From positions 45,448,001 through 45,512,000 of the forward strand of contig NC_086097.1 of assembly GCF_963921235.1 (NCBI RefSeq): a stretch of 64,000 nt of DNA, read 5' to 3'. The notes beneath the pieces were generated by a model, which was not told the DNA's origin, searched no databases, and saw only the letters and a list, made by a program, of their open reading frames with translations. Positions 48,060 to 61,572 of the stretch are shown piece after piece; the stretch's first letter is position 1; each line of letters begins with the position of its first letter. A program made the position numbers and the translations under genes. This DNA is from Mobula hypostoma. Taxonomy: Eukaryota.

Positions 48060-48365
48060 CTGGAAGCAGACTCTTCAGCCCACACTAAAGGGACTCTTTA
48101 CACCAATCCCTCATTAATCCCATTTCTTTGTATTCACCCCATGTTCCCATCAGTTCCCCACATTCACCTACAGGGCCAGTGTACAGTGACCAAGTAACCT
48201 ACCCACCCCCACATCTTTCAAAAGTGGGTGGAAACTGGAGTTTGCAGAGGAAGGTCAGTCATTCACGAGCAGAATATACAAACTTCAAGCAGCTAGCAGG
48301 ATTGAACCCGAGTCTCCAGGCCTTCAAGGCTGCTGGTCTGGCAGCTGCACCATTGTGTTGCCCAT
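48060..48365 (-). mobile_element. V-SINE-like fragment
   Basis: ggattgaacccg (reverse B box) and ggaaactggag (reverse V-domain). Confidence 0.55.
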
Positions 48366-49420
48366 TGTAGAGTAATATGACCTGAAATTTTTAATAAAAT
48401 GAGTATAGCATAAAATCCAATGAAATGAAAAACTATTTGAATGACTTTAACTAGTAATTAAAATTTCCTGAATTCTGTGAAAATAAAGTATATAATAGGA
48501 AAAATGAATGATGCACTGGTGATGAAACACTTGAATTGAGATTTGTAGCCAAATGGGATTTTAAAATTGAATTGATTCTTTTGTCTTTGCATATCTTAAG
48601 ATAAGGTTTGATGTTTGTTATTACAAAGTTGGGATTAAAGCAGGAGTAGGCCATTTGACCCTTCATGCTCATTTTTGCCATCCAAAAGATCATGGCTGAT
48701 TATTCCCCCTGTGCCACTTTACTGCAGTAACCCCATATCCCTTGATTGCCTTAATATTTAAAATGCTTGTTGATCTGTCTTTAACATATTGGGGATTGAG
48801 TATCATGCTTTACCTGCAAAGGGAATTCCAAATACTCATCACCTATGTGTAAACATTGCTTTAAATCTCTCTAGTAAATGGCAGATCTCTTACTTTGATG
48901 TAATAACCTTTGGTTTTTTGATGTTCCAGCAAAAGGGAAATATAACCCATTTCTACTTTGTCAAGCCTCAAAAGAAGAGATATACTTTTTTATTCTTTAA
49001 AATGCAGGAATATCTAATTGAAACCCAGGTTGCCAGTTCATAAAGTTGTAGCTGCGTTAGTGGACAGGCGTGCTGTTTGGTTTATAACTTTATTCCACTT
49101 TGTCACTTGCTGGCTGTTAACTGTCGCAACCATTTTAACTAATTTAGAGTAAAATGTACTAAATGATGGAGGAACTCAGCAGCTCAAGCAGCATCTAAGG
49201 AAAGAAATAAACAGCCAATGTTTCAGGCTGAAACCCCTCATCAGGTCTCATTTTATCCTTAACCCACAGCAGTTGAGGCTAATTTCCAAATCTCGCCTCA
49301 CTCAAGATTCCAGAATGGAATTGTTTAGGTCACTGCTGCTCAATCACTCTTTGAATGAGCATGCCATGATTGCGAACAGTAAATGCCAGTAAATATTAAC
49401 TTCTTTTTGCTTTCTTGCAG

Positions 49421-50356
49421 CATCAACTAGATACTGTTCAAGTTCACATTCAAACTGTCCCATCCCAAGAGGAGAAAGATAGGCCGATGCCACCTTTAGC
49501 AGTAGTGCAGCCTAAAACAGCAGCATCCAATCAGGTGGCTAACCAAAGAACAACTGTATCCGGAGGAGTTAATATTTCTGGACCTCAGATCATTAGAATA
49601 CAGCCTCTTTCAACCACTGGGTCACAACAGTATATTTTGCACAGCTCTTCAGAACCTCCAATTCAACTACTTGTTCAGCGGCAGCCTCCACCACTTGCAC
49701 CTGTAAATTCTATACGTATGATTCCTGGGGTAACCATCAGTGGTCAGTCTGGCATTTTCACTAATACTGTAAGTACCACAATAACTACTTCCACAACAGC
49801 AGTAGCAAATTCAATTTCTACTAGTCACGTGAAGAAGCAGGAAATTAGTGATAAATCAAAGGAAAAAAAGCCTGTGAAGATCAAAACTCGATCTGGTCGT
49901 ATATCGCGACCTCCAAAATACAAAGTTAAAGACTACAAGTTCATCAAGACAGAAGATTTGGCAGAAGGCCATCAATCTGATTCAGATGACTATTCTGAAT
50001 ACAGTTTTGAGGAAGAAGATGTGAAAACAAAAATAGATGATTCAAGCCTTTCAATCCCTTGTTCATTCAAGCCCAAAAAGTTTAAGTGTGACACGTGTGA
50101 AAAGTCTTACATTGGAAGGGGTGGGTTAGCACGACATTATAGACTCAACCCATCTCATGGAGAGTTGGCTTCTGTCATTGAGGAACAGAGAACCTCTGTG
50201 AGCAAAACCAATGGAGATGTGATTGTTGGGGACACTGGAGGAGGTGGTGACAGAAATGGCACAATAGTTGATGGACTAGAGACACAATCTGTAAATACTG
50301 ACACTACATCTGTGATGGTGGGGAGCACAGACCTGTCATCTCAAGACGTTCAACAG
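49421..50356 (+). CDS. ZNF839: Zinc finger protein 839, coding exon 2 (312 codons, C2H2 finger)
   Basis: Acceptor ttctttttgctttcttgcag| and donor CAG|gtatgt, phase 0/0. Encodes the ZNF839 hallmark KTRSGRISRPPKYKVKDYKFIKTEDLAEGHQSDSDDYSE and the finger FKCDTCEKSYIGRGGLARHYRLNPSH. Confidence 0.93.
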
Positions 50357-50799
50357 GTATGTACTGATAACATGGTATCCAGAATTCCTTTCCTGAAAGC
50401 GCTGATATATTGGAGTTCGTTTCCAGGGGTGTTGCTAGTCTTTAACATGTATTGCTCAAGCAGCCATATTTTTATGAACACCTGAGATTAGTATTAGCAG
50501 GGCATCACAGCAAATTCTCTCTTTATCTCATTTTTTCTTGCATTTGGTCTTAAGGCAAGAAACATTTCAGCTAGCATTCACTGGTAAGCAGTGTGCCTTC
50601 CAAGCATTTTCATGCACCGAGGCCTGTGTTTGACAATATTGCAACTTGAGTTAACTTGTCTAATGCAGGATGGATAACTTGGTGAATTTCCAAACTAGGT
50701 GGTTAATTAATTGAGAAATTAGCACTAAAGATAGTTTATTACTTTCGGATTACTGTGAGGTACAATGTAATTTGTTAAGTATATATTAAGAATAAAAGT

Positions 50800-51862
50800 T
50801 TGGCCAGGTGGATTCAGAATTGGCTTGCCTGCAGAAGGCAGAGGGTCGTGGTGGAGGGAGTACATTCAGATTGGAGGATTGTGACTAGTGGTGTCCCACA
50901 AGGATCTGTTCTGGGACCTCTACTTTCTGTGATTTTTATTAACGACCTGGATGTGGGGGTAGAAGGGTGGGTTGGCAAGTTTGCAGACCACCCAAAGGTT
51001 GGTGGTGTTGTAGATAGTGTAGAGGATTGTCAAAGATTGCAGAGAGACATTGATAGGATGCAGAAGTGGGCTGAGAAGTGGCAGATGGAGTTCAACCCGG
51101 AGAAGTGTGAGGTGGTACACTTTGGAAGGACAAACTCCAAGGCAGAGTACAAAGTAAATGGCAGGATACTTGGTAGTGTGGATGAGCAGAGGGATCTTGG
51201 GGTACACGTCCACAGATCCCTGAAAGTTGCCTCACAGGTGGATAGGGTAGTTAAGAAAGCTTATGGGGTGTTAGCTTTCATAAGTCGAGGGACAGAGTTT
51301 AAGAGTCGCAATGTAATGATGCAGCTCTATAAAACTCTGGTTAGGCCACACTTGGAGTACTGTGTCCAGTTCTGGACACCTCACTATAGGAAGCATTGGA
51401 AAGGGTACAGAGGAGATTTACCAGGATGCTGCCTGGTTTAGAGAGTATGCATTATGATCAGAGATTAAGGGAGCTAGGGCTTTACTCTTTGGAGAGAAGG
51501 AGGATGAGAGGAGACATGATAGAGGTGTACAAGATAATAAGAGGAATAGATAGAGTGGATAGCCAGTGCCTCTACCCCAGGGCACCACTGCTCAATACAA
51601 GAGGACATAGCTTTAAGGTAAGGGGTGGGAAGTTCAAGGGGGATATTAGAGGAAGGATTTTTACTCAGAGAGTGGTTGGTGCGTGGAACGCACTGCCTGA
51701 GTCAGTGGTGGAGGCAGATACACTAGTGAAGTTTAAGAGACTACTGGACAGGTATATGGAGGAATTTAAGGTGGGGGCTTATATGGGAGGCAGAGTTTGA
51801 GGGTCGGCACAACATTGTGGGCCGAAGGGCCTGTACTGTGCTGTACTATTCTATGTTCTATA
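50800..51862 (+). mobile_element. CR1 LINE 3' part (intron 2)
   Basis: ORF 50800-51441: SGVPQGSVLGP, KFADH, LEYCVQFW. ORF 51396-51800 continues. Tail tattctatgttctat. Confidence 0.95.
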
Positions 51863-52084
51863 GTTCAGTATTTGAATCAGGTCATATGTCAGAAGAAAAA
51901 TGACTTGCTTCAGCTTTTCCTCTAAATTTGTGTTCAAATGTTATGTCTTGCTGAGCTTGATATAGCATTCTGCTTTTGTGTTAACTTTTGAGAAAATGTT
52001 ATTTTGAAGCATTTTAGTTTGTTCACGGCTGTTTGCATACTGCTTTCATTTGAATTTTATGGTTTGCAATTTCTGTGTTAATCT

Positions 52085-52995
52085 AGTTAAGTGGGCTGAA
52101 GGTGAACAAATAAATTCCAATTCAGAAAAGAGTGAAGTGTTGCATTTTGGGAGAGTCAGACCAGAGTAGGACTTATAAAATGAAGGCTAAGGCCTTGGGG
52201 AGTGCTTTGGAACAGAATGACCTGGGAGTACAAGTACAACTTTTGCTGAAAGTGGCATCATAGATAGACAAGATAGTGAGGAAGGATTTTGGCATGCTGG
52301 CCTTCAGTCAGGGCATTATGTATAGGAGTTGGGAAATTACATTGCAATTGTACAAGTCATTGGTGAGGATGAGCTTGGCATGCTGTGTAGCGTTTTGGTT
52401 GCCTTATTATAGAAAAGACATAATTAAACTAGAAAGAGTGCAGAAAAGATTAATGAGGATGTTGCCAGGACTAGAGGGTCCCAGTTATAGGGAGAGGCTA
52501 GCAGGCTAGGACTTTATTCTTTGGAGCATGAGTGACTGAGGGGCACAGGTTTAGATTATGAGAACACTCAGTCTTCTTTTATTGTCATTTAGAAATGCAT
52601 ACATCCATTAAGAAATGATACAATGTTTCTCCGGCGTGATATCACAGAAAACAAGACAGACCAAAGACTAACACTGACAAAACCACATAATTATACCATA
52701 TAGTTACAGCAGTGCAAAGCAATACCATAATTTGATGAAGAACAGTGAAAGGGAAAAGATTCACAAGGATTGGAGAGGCAACTTCCTCACATAGAGGGTG
52801 GTACATATCTGCAACAAACTGCTTGTGAACATGGCTGAGGCAGGTACAATAATGTTTAAAAAAACATTTGGATAGGAACAAATCAGAAGAAATGGACCAA
52901 ATGTGGACAATTGAGACTAGCCTAAATGGGCACCTCGGCTGATGTGAATGAATTGACTCAAAGGGCCTGTTTCTGTGCTTTGTTTCTCTATGACT
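52085..52995 (+). mobile_element. Degenerate CR1 fragment interrupted by a minus-strand LINE-type tail (about 52550-52745)
   Basis: ORF 52276-52509: LYKSLVR...LERVQKRL.RMLPGL. The insert is the reverse complement of 58615-58800. Confidence 0.8.
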
Positions 52996-53310
52996 AGTGG
53001 CAAATGTAGAAGCCTTCCAGCAAACATTAAAAAAACTAAATGGGGGGAATGGTAGTAATAGTGTCCTCCTTTGGTTTATAAATTATTCATGCTTGGGCTG
53101 TTGGAGTTGAATATGACCAGAATTGACTTAGAGAAGATGCTTTGAATTGCCACCTTTGATCTTTTCAGTTGATATAGCTATTAGTTCCATACTGTGGTGT
53201 GATATGAAGGCCAAGGATTTAAAATCCATTAGAGAAAAGGAATAGTAATTTTTTTTCAAGCCAGAATGTGGTTATTTGAAGGCAAATCCTGCTGTCCTTG
53301 TCCAGTTATA

Positions 53311-54541
53311 CAGTATTATATGAAAGCATTCAGCCCCCAGACCTTTGTTCACATAAGAGTATTACAACCAGGGATTTTGAACAATTTAACTGAGGGAGTT
53401 TATTTGTGAATCATGTGTTCCTTTTTTCACAGTAAAACCCTTAAAACAATTTTTACCAAAAAAATTGTAAAGCATGAAAAACCAGAAGTTCAAAAACTAA
53501 AATGTCTGCAATTCAAAGATATTTATCTCCCTTCACTCAGTATTTAGTTTAACCTCCTCTCGCATCTGTCACAGCCCATACAGTAGTCTTTTTGGATAAG
53601 TCACAACACGATGGAGCAACATTTCCTCCTTGTAAAATTGCTAAGCTGTGCCAGTTTAGTTGGGGAGTGACAGTGGACAGCAATCTTGAGGTCTTGACAG
53701 AGGTGTTCAACTGGGTTAAGATCAAAACTCTGGGCCATTCAAGGTAATCAATTTTCTTAATTTGAAGCCTCTCCATGGTTGCTTTGGCAGTTTGCTTTGG
53801 GTCATTGTCCAGCTGAAAGATGAACTTCATTCCCAATTTAAGCTTTCTGGCAGAGGCTAGCAGGTTTTTATCCAGGATCTCTCTGTATTTAGCAGCATTC
53901 ATCTTCCCATCAATCCTGACCAGATTTCCAGTCCCTACTGCTAGAAAGCATCCCCATAGCGTGATGCTACCTCCATTATACTTTCGGGTTGCTGTTACCT
54001 GGTTGATCTGCAGTATTAGATGTACACCACATGTGTTACTTAACGTTAAGGTCAAAAAGTTCCACTTTAGTTTCATCCAACCAAAAGACCTTCTTCTACA
54101 CCTTTGCGTATCTTGGAAGTGACACCTTGTAGTCTTTACAGGCAAGTATATGTTTTTTTTAAGAAGGTGCTTCTTCTTTGCCAACCTTCCATAAGTACTC
54201 TTTTTTCCAAGGCCTTGGAGATTGTGGAGCCATGAGCTTCATCTTCAGTTGCAGCCACTGACTTCCACAGCTCAGAGTGAATTGGTATTACAGTTGCGTC
54301 TCTTACAAGTGCTGTTCTTCTACGGCGACCATGTTTGCAAAGGGGATGAAACTTTTTTCAGCTTCACATTTTTGTTTTTAATTTTTAGTAAAATGTGTAC
54401 AGGTTTTTAATTTTTCCTTTTGATTTGGCATGCACAATGTTTTGTAGATTAACTCAAAAAATCCTACTTCAATATATTTTTAATTTAGAAATTGAGACAG
54501 TGAAAATAGTTGTGGGGGCTAAATGCTTTTCCGAGGCACTG
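53311..54541 (-). mobile_element. Tc1/mariner DNA transposon, internally deleted and frameshifted
   Basis: TA|cagt...gaaagcattcagccccca and tgggggctaaatgcttttc...cactg|TA imperfect TIRs with TA TSD. ORF 53549-54184: GGSITLWGCF...G.MNAAKYREIL...FQLDNDPKQTAK...LEWP. Confidence 0.92.
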
Positions 54542-57227
54542 TATGTTAGAAGTTTTGCATTTGGGAGGTGCTGTTGAAGAAGATATTTAGATTCTCCAGT
54601 GCCTTTTGCATATGGTGCAATGATGTGCCTGAAATAGAGGGAGTTAATTGTGTAAATTTTCTCAATTAAGCAGGGTTGCATTGTTCTTTAGTTCTTGAAA
54701 CTACTCATGAGTCAAGCATATTCTTATTCCTGTCTCATATCTTACTGACAATAAAAGAGGTTGGGGGATGTGAGAGGTTAATCAGTTAATGTAAAGTACC
54801 TAGTCTTTGATCTGTTTGTTGTGTTACTTCACTTTTTGAGTTACAGTTTGGTTGTTACTGCCCCTATGATATTGATGGTGGTGATGTCATTGATATCAAA
54901 AGAGAGGAGATGCACATGATATCCAATTATGTTGATTAAATTTGCAGACTAATGGTTCACTTTTGCTATTGTCTACACCGTTGCTATGTTTTTAGCCACT
55001 CTAATATATCCTTTGGGCGTTCTCATTGTTCTTTCCACTAAAAGTGTCAAGAAAAATATTTTTTTTAGCTGTAACTCAAGATTGTGTGCATCTTGAACAG
55101 CATGCAGCAGCATTAAGTAATGGTACTTAAGGGGCATTTAAACAACTAAGGGGAGGAGGAAGCTATTCTTTACAATGACAGGCCCAGCATATGATTGCTA
55201 ATAGCAAGGCTGTAACATCTGCTGCCTTGTTAAGCATGATGTCATGAGTAGATGATCCAACTTGGCTTCAGAACCATTTGGACCTCTAATCAAACTGTCC
55301 CTGTGTGGTTATGACATTGGTGTCCATCCTGCATTTTCATTACTGTTTTACTATTTATTTTTCAATTTATGTTTAATTTTGCCATAAATTCTTGATGGGT
55401 GTGGCATCACATGAATCCTATGTGTAAGCCTTTGCAGGAAGGTTAGTGGTATATATGATACATACAGTGCCACTGTTGCCATGAGTATGAATCACATTGC
55501 CCCCAACTGACATGAATTTTATGTGGATAACCACCAGAAGTAAGTGTTACGCTTTGCTTTGTAGACCTATTGCCCAGGAAAAGTAGTGAATAACCTTGAA
55601 CATCCTTAAAGCCAAGTGTTTTTTTGGTTTGAAGAATATATTCATTGCCATTAAAAATATTTGCACTACAATTTTCCAGACATCATTTAGCACATGGCAG
55701 CTAATTAGTTTGACCTTTTATCTAAATGGACCATTCTGATTCACCATTTTGCAGTCAGTCTTCTCTCAATCATTAATATAAGTATTATTAACATTGGTGT
55801 CGGGTGGTACTTAACCAAAATCCATTTAGGCAATTGCATGCTTGGTGAAGATGAAGTTGATTCTTCCCTTGCATTTTGCCACCTGTCCCTGACCTCGTTT
55901 AGTAGTCTGCCTTTTAGTACTCTTCCAGCTTATTCAGTCAGTTTGATATTGTCATTACTATTGAGACACTTTAGATGATAAATATTTCAAGTTCCCCTCT
56001 TACTCACATCAACACTAAGTATATTGTAGCTCTTCTTGCCTTCAATGTTCCTTCTAAGTGGTATTTAGCATGCAAGATTACTAAAAAAAAAAGGCAGTTG
56101 ATGGTGATCATTTGTAATCTTCATTGTTTCTGTTTGATTCAATGTTAAGAACTTAGAATCAACACTGGACTCCCAGTGCCCCTTTTTCCTGAATGCTTTT
56201 GTCAGTCCTGGAAATATATCTGGCATGATGAATCAGTTTTGAAGAGTATTTCTACAGATTGAATTTATCACTAATAATCAACGGAGATTAATTTTATTTT
56301 TCAAATGTTTAATGATTTCATATGCTGCAACTAAGTTGTGCATTTTCTTGAATGTCTTCTTATCAGTGATTTCTATCTATAACTTTTCTAACATTATTGC
56401 CTGCTTATCATGGGGATGGTGGAGGTAATTATAGTTGATCTTTCAGTGTTGGGTGGATAATCGGAAATATGTCAAGGGAAGAAAAGGAGAACAATCTGAA
56501 TTTGATTTTAGCAAATTGCAACTCAATACCATTTTTGTTTAATGATTGCACTTTGAAATCTCTTTTCCAAAGGATATCTCAATTTGCCAATAAACTGGCT
56601 GCAAAGTTAATAAAAGTAGTCATAATAATCTAGTAACCTTAAAAGAAAACTGTGCTCCATAGTCAGTCTTCAGCAATTTTTATGGGTAGTTTGAATTATG
56701 GCATACTTTTTGTTCCAGAATTTTAGATATTTCTACCTATTTTGAAAATGGATACTGCAGCTATTGGCGGAATAAATTGCCAGGAAAGGATTAGTTGACT
56801 ATAATTACATTTCAAATTCTGACAGTGGTGACCATATAAATGTCTATAAAATTGTAACAATTAAAGAGCCACAGAGACAGAGAAGCTGAATCTGCAATGT
56901 AAATGACCTTGGAAGCAAAATAATTTGGTTGTCCTGAACCAAATTAAACACTTAGTTTTTGGGAAAGCAGAATGACGCCTGTCTTTATGCATTTCAGCTG
57001 TAAAAAATAATAATGGCAATCAGCATACTGGCAATTATTGGTTTGATTCATTTTTGGTCAAAGGAAGGGAGAAAATATCTCCCCATGTTATGCTTGAAAA
57101 GTGAAGCACTTGTCAGTTTGATTGGGTACAGCCAATAAATTCTACTTCATTTCCGGCTCTACTGCAAGATTGCATATAATGTAGATCAAGGTATTGGATT
57201 AAATGCCCTTTGCTACTCCGTTGTTTG

Positions 57228-57995
57228 AGTGTGAAGTAATTCACTTTGGAATATCAAACTTTAAGGCTGAATACAGGATTAATGGCAGGATTAAGTGAGA
57301 GGAACAAAGGGAACGGGGTTCATATCCATAAATCTCTCAAAGTTGCAGTGCAAAGGGTGGTTACGAAGGCGTATGGTGTATTGGCCTTCATTAGTTGCGG
57401 TGTTGAGTTCATGAGCTGTGAGGTTTTTAAACTGGTTAGACCATACTTGGAGTATTGTGTTCAGTTCTGATCACCCCATAGGATGGATGTAGGAGTTTTA
57501 GAGAGGGTGCAGAGGAGATTTACCAGAATGATGCCTGGTTTGAAGAGCATGTCTTAAGAGGATAGGATGAGTGAATTTTTGGAACAAAGGAAGATGACAG
57601 GACGATAGAGGTGTAGAGGATAAGAGGAATAGATCAAGTGGACAGCCAGAGACTTTCCCAGAATGGAAATGGCTAATATGAGTGGGCATAGCTTTAAGGT
57701 GTATGGAGAAAAGGATGTCAGAGGTAGATATTTTATGCAGAGTGGTAGGTGTGTGTGAAACGCACTGCCAGAGTTGGTGGTAGAGGCAGATACAAGGGAC
57801 TTGAATGGACAGAATCAGAATCAGGTTTGTTATCACTGGTATGTGTCATGAAATTTGTTAACTTATCTGACATATACCTGAAGGAAAAATGGAGGACCAT
57901 ATGGGAGGGAAGGGTTAGATTGATCTTGGAGTAGATTAAATGGTCAGCATGACATCATGGCAAAGGGCCTCTACTGTGCTGAACTGTTGTCCATT
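57228..57995 (+). mobile_element. Degenerate CR1 3' fragment
   Basis: ORF 57246-57470: KAYGVLAFI...LVRPYLEYCVQF. CR1-like 3' UTR. Confidence 0.8.
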
Positions 57996-58136
57996 CTATA
58001 TACTTTGCTCAGTTTGCCACTTCCTACCTTCTGTTGTTTCATGGTGTTGTCTAATCAAATACCTCATTCTCTCTTTGAGATTTATCAACATGAGGAGGAA
58101 CTCCGCACCTCCAATTTAAACTTTAGTGCCTAACAG

Positions 58137-58804
58137 GAGGAGAAGATGGCAGTGCGACAAAGCTCGCAGCGGCCACTCTGGTGGTGATGTCTGTTATTTG
58201 TCAAGTAGGGTGCCATGCACAATCCTGATTTGATGGAGATGGACGTGAGAGCACGGAGGAACACTGTTGAAACTTCTGAAGTGCCTGCTTCGCTGCTGCT
58301 GCTACTGTGTAGTCCAGAATCTCCGGAGGGGAAGGCCCCGAGTCCTCGGCTTTACTTGTTGCTCGGCAGCCGAGGCAGGGTCGAAGCGCTTGGCAGAGGA
58401 TGGTGCTTGGAGGGGCTGGTCAGAGGCTCGAAGTTTTCGGACGGACTCAGAGTCCGCTGCGGTCGGGTGCTTCCACTGGTGCTGCAATCGGCAAGTTTGC
58501 GGTGCTTGGAGGTTCATGGCAGGGAGAGTTTCTCCCTTCTGCCACCTGCATGAGATGATGTGGCTATCGGGACTTTGAGACTTTTTTTTTACCGTGCCCA
58601 TGGTCTGCTCTTTATCAAATTATGGTATTGCTTTGCACTGTTGTAACAATATGTTATAATTATGTGGTTTTGTCAGTTTTAGTCTTGGTTTGTCCTGTGT
58701 TTTCTTGTGATATCATTCTGGAGGAACGTTGTATCATTTTTTAATGCATGCATTTCTAAGTGACAGTAAACGAGGACTGAGTGTCCTCACTAATCTAATC
58801 TAAT
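58137..58804 (+). mobile_element. Non-coding short retroelement with GC-rich 5' part and (ctaat)n tail
   Basis: Starts gagaagatggc and ends gaggactgagtgtcctcactaatctaatctaat. The 3' part recurs inverted at 52550-52745. Probably a non-autonomous LINE derivative. Confidence 0.55.
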
Positions 58805-59414
58805 GTGTTTTTGCCCTTGCACAAATATTGAAATGACTTTTATCTAGATTACACAAGGAAAGAATCAGTAGTGGAGTTTGCTGTGTTATTTAAATTGAAA
58901 TTATGGCAAATCTACCACCTCTGTACCACTTTCTTGCACCAGTTATAATCCTTAGTTACCTTAATAGCAAAATGATCTTGCCATCTGTCTTGAATTCTTC
59001 TGTCCAAGTGACCTTCAAGTAACCATTTTTACTAATCCCGTTTACTAACAATTGATCTGTAACCTTGTACTTTGGCAATTCAGTTGCCCACCTGGATACT
59101 ATTAAAATGTTGTGCAAATACCTGCCTCTAACTTCCTCACGCTACCCTCTGGGTGAAAAACTGTTCCAGATCCTATCTAACTTTCATTTTGCTCTTGTGT
59201 CTGTTGTTATCTCAGTAAGTAATAACGCAACTTTTCACTAACAGCTTTTATCCATTTACTCCTTGATTATTATTCACAAGCATTAGGGTCAGCAATTCTA
59301 ACAAAATCCATCTTTTTCTTTACCCTCTCAATTGGAAGGAAATTGCCTTTTAAACTCGCGAGAGAGCATAGGCTATTTGCTTTTGATGTTTCTGTAGCAG
59401 GCAATTTCTTTTTT

Positions 59415-59532
59415 ACCAGGTCGAGTTGCTAGCTCGACGCTCAACCCAGCATGGATGGAAAGCGTACTTGGGGAACCGGCTGGGTTTGAACTCCGAAGTT
59501 TGGCGCTGATGCCACTATGCCACCAGCCGGCT
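59415..59532 (-). mobile_element. tRNA-derived SINE fragment
   Basis: Reverse strand agccggctggtggcatagtgg...gagttcaaaccc. Same family as 21085-21195. Confidence 0.55.
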
Positions 59533-59599
59533 ACGCTCTCAATTGCTCCATTGTATTTCCATACATCCCTGTGATTCCCCAGGAAAACATCTTAAAGAC

Positions 59600-60180
59600 T
59601 GAAACTGTTCTATTCAATTTTTTAAAGTAAATTTCAAACCTAATCCTTTGACTGTTTTATTTGGTATTGTTGGAGGGAAGGATATTATTTTGGAGCCATC
59701 TGATTTGCACATTTTGGCTTTTATGTCTCTTATGGCCAGAAGGACGCTTTTGCTTAAATGGAAAGATGTGGCCCCTCCTATTCACGCCCAATGGATACAT
59801 GATGTGATGTCATGTTTAAATTTAGAGAAGATTCAATGTTCAATCTTTGAATCTAATCAAGACTTTCAAACATTGTGGGGACCCTTTCTGAATTATTTTC
59901 AAGACCTTTGATTTGTTGTTAAAGCACAGATGATGACTAACAAGCATTTCTCTTTTTTTTTCTATTAATTAGCTTTGGTCTTGGTAGTGGGTTAGATTCT
60001 TTAAAATATAAAATAATTATTATTTTTCAATGTTACAAACTAATTGACTTGTACGAATATAAGGTAAGGAGTCTTAATATGTGATTTAGTTTAATGTATT
60101 GACATATATATTTTTCCTGTACTCTGTATTCTTATATATAAATTAATAAAATTATTTGAAAAGACAATTAAAAAAAAAAT
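59600..60180 (+). mobile_element. L1-clade LINE 3' end
   Basis: ORF 59648-59911 (LFG...ARRTLLLKWK...P....WI..V...L.LEKI...F..LWGPFLNY) matches fish L1 ORF2 C-termini. AATAAA and an A-rich tail. Confidence 0.8.
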
Positions 60181-60791
60181 CCACATTCATGCTTCTAGTT
60201 CCATCTACATTGTTCCTTTCTCAAGACTAAAACAGATTGTCCAACTCTGTCCATTTATTTCATCGTAAGTTCCCTTACTATTGTTACATCATGGCTGTTG
60301 TGCATGTAAGCTAAAATTGCAATGCATTACTCACTGAGACTCATCTTCCAAACTCTGAAACTTTACCACCAAAAGAAGAAGGGCAACAGGTACATCATAA
60401 TACTAATGGGTGAAGATTAAAGGACAATTAATGCTAATGGCTCAAGAATCTCCTGCAAGTCTCATACTCTCATGGTTTGCAAATGTGTCATTGTTCCTTT
60501 TTCACTGGATTGGAATCCTTAAATTTGCTACTCAATGTCACTTTTGGAAGTGACTTCACCATTAGAATACAGGCATTTAATAAAAAATGAAGATGAATGG
60601 TACTATTATAGATGAATCATTTTTTTCATAATGTGCAGGCTTACTAATTTATGATCATCTTGCAGTGTTTTGGCATTTGTGTGTATAACAATCCTTTTGT
60701 TTTTACTTTGTATTGATAATAACCATGCCCATAATAGACACCGTTAATTTTTGATAACTAGTTTAAAAATTCAGGTTTAATTTTCTTGCAG

Positions 60792-60920
60792 ACTGGAAAA
60801 GTTACATTAGCACATTTCCCTGCGCGCCGCCGTACAGTAAAACGTGGCCGACCTCCAAAACACCACAACAATAATTATCATCAAGAACAAGTCATGAAGA
60901 GGAAAGCAAGGCTAAAAGAG
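60792..60920 (+). CDS. ZNF839: Zinc finger protein 839, coding exon 3 (43 codons); gene continues beyond window
   Basis: Acceptor ttttcttgcag| and donor GAG|gtatgg, phase 0/0. TGKVTLAHFPARRRTVKRGRPPKHHNNNYHQEQVMKRKARLKE. Confidence 0.8.
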
Positions 60921-61422
60921 GTATGGCGTTTTGGTGAAGGTTCCCTTATTAGATGCATGTTAAAATCTAAACAGGATATAAGATTTCAAAGTATTCCAAG
61001 GATTCAGTGCATCTTTATTATATAGTATAGTTTCATTAACCCTTTTGGAACATATTTTGATATTGAAGACGGGGAAGATGAGAGGGATCAAAACAAGTGA
61101 ATGGTGGGAGAAGGGAACTGAGAAGAGAGCGAGAGAGATTGAAGAAAGGAGGATTAAAAATAAGTATTCATGTGGTGAAGCATACCTTTAATGATACTGC
61201 AGAAACTGTTTTGCATTCAGTTGATGTGCGCCACATATTTTAATAGCAATAAGTGCTTGAACAGCATTTAGCAAGTTCTTTTCTATTTGATTCAATTTTT
61301 TCTTCAAAACTTCATCGAAAATTAAAGCTATGCTACTTTTTCAGGGATGCATTGGTTCTTATATATTTGTTACATGAGTTAAATGTATGTAGGATATCTC
61401 AGAATGGTGAAGGTGTGTGGTA

Positions 61423-61572
61423 CAGGTCGACCTTCACTAATCCGACTTCCTGTAATCTGGTTCAATAATCCAGCACTGATTATGCTTAATGTGATCCTTC
61501 TGTAATTCGGCATTTTCACTAATCCGGCACTCCTCGGGTCCCAATGGTGCCGGATTAGTGAAGGTCGACCTG
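61423..61572. mobile_element. 150-bp MITE (Tc1/pogo-type), perfect TIRs, TA TSD
   Basis: TA|caggtcgaccttcactaatccg ... cggattagtgaaggtcgacctg|TA. Confidence 0.92.

Noticed and set aside
50357..50485. ORF extension beyond the exon 2 donor (likewise 43893-43922 and 60921-61025)
   Set aside because: Read-through into introns past good GT donors. Exon phases join without these segments.
58215..58601. GC-rich ORFs of about 100 aa in ZNF839 intron 2 as a possible extra exon or nested gene
   Set aside because: They lie in a repeat whose 3' part recurs at 52550-52745 and which ends in a tandem (ctaat)n tail. Exons 2 and 3 already join in phase.
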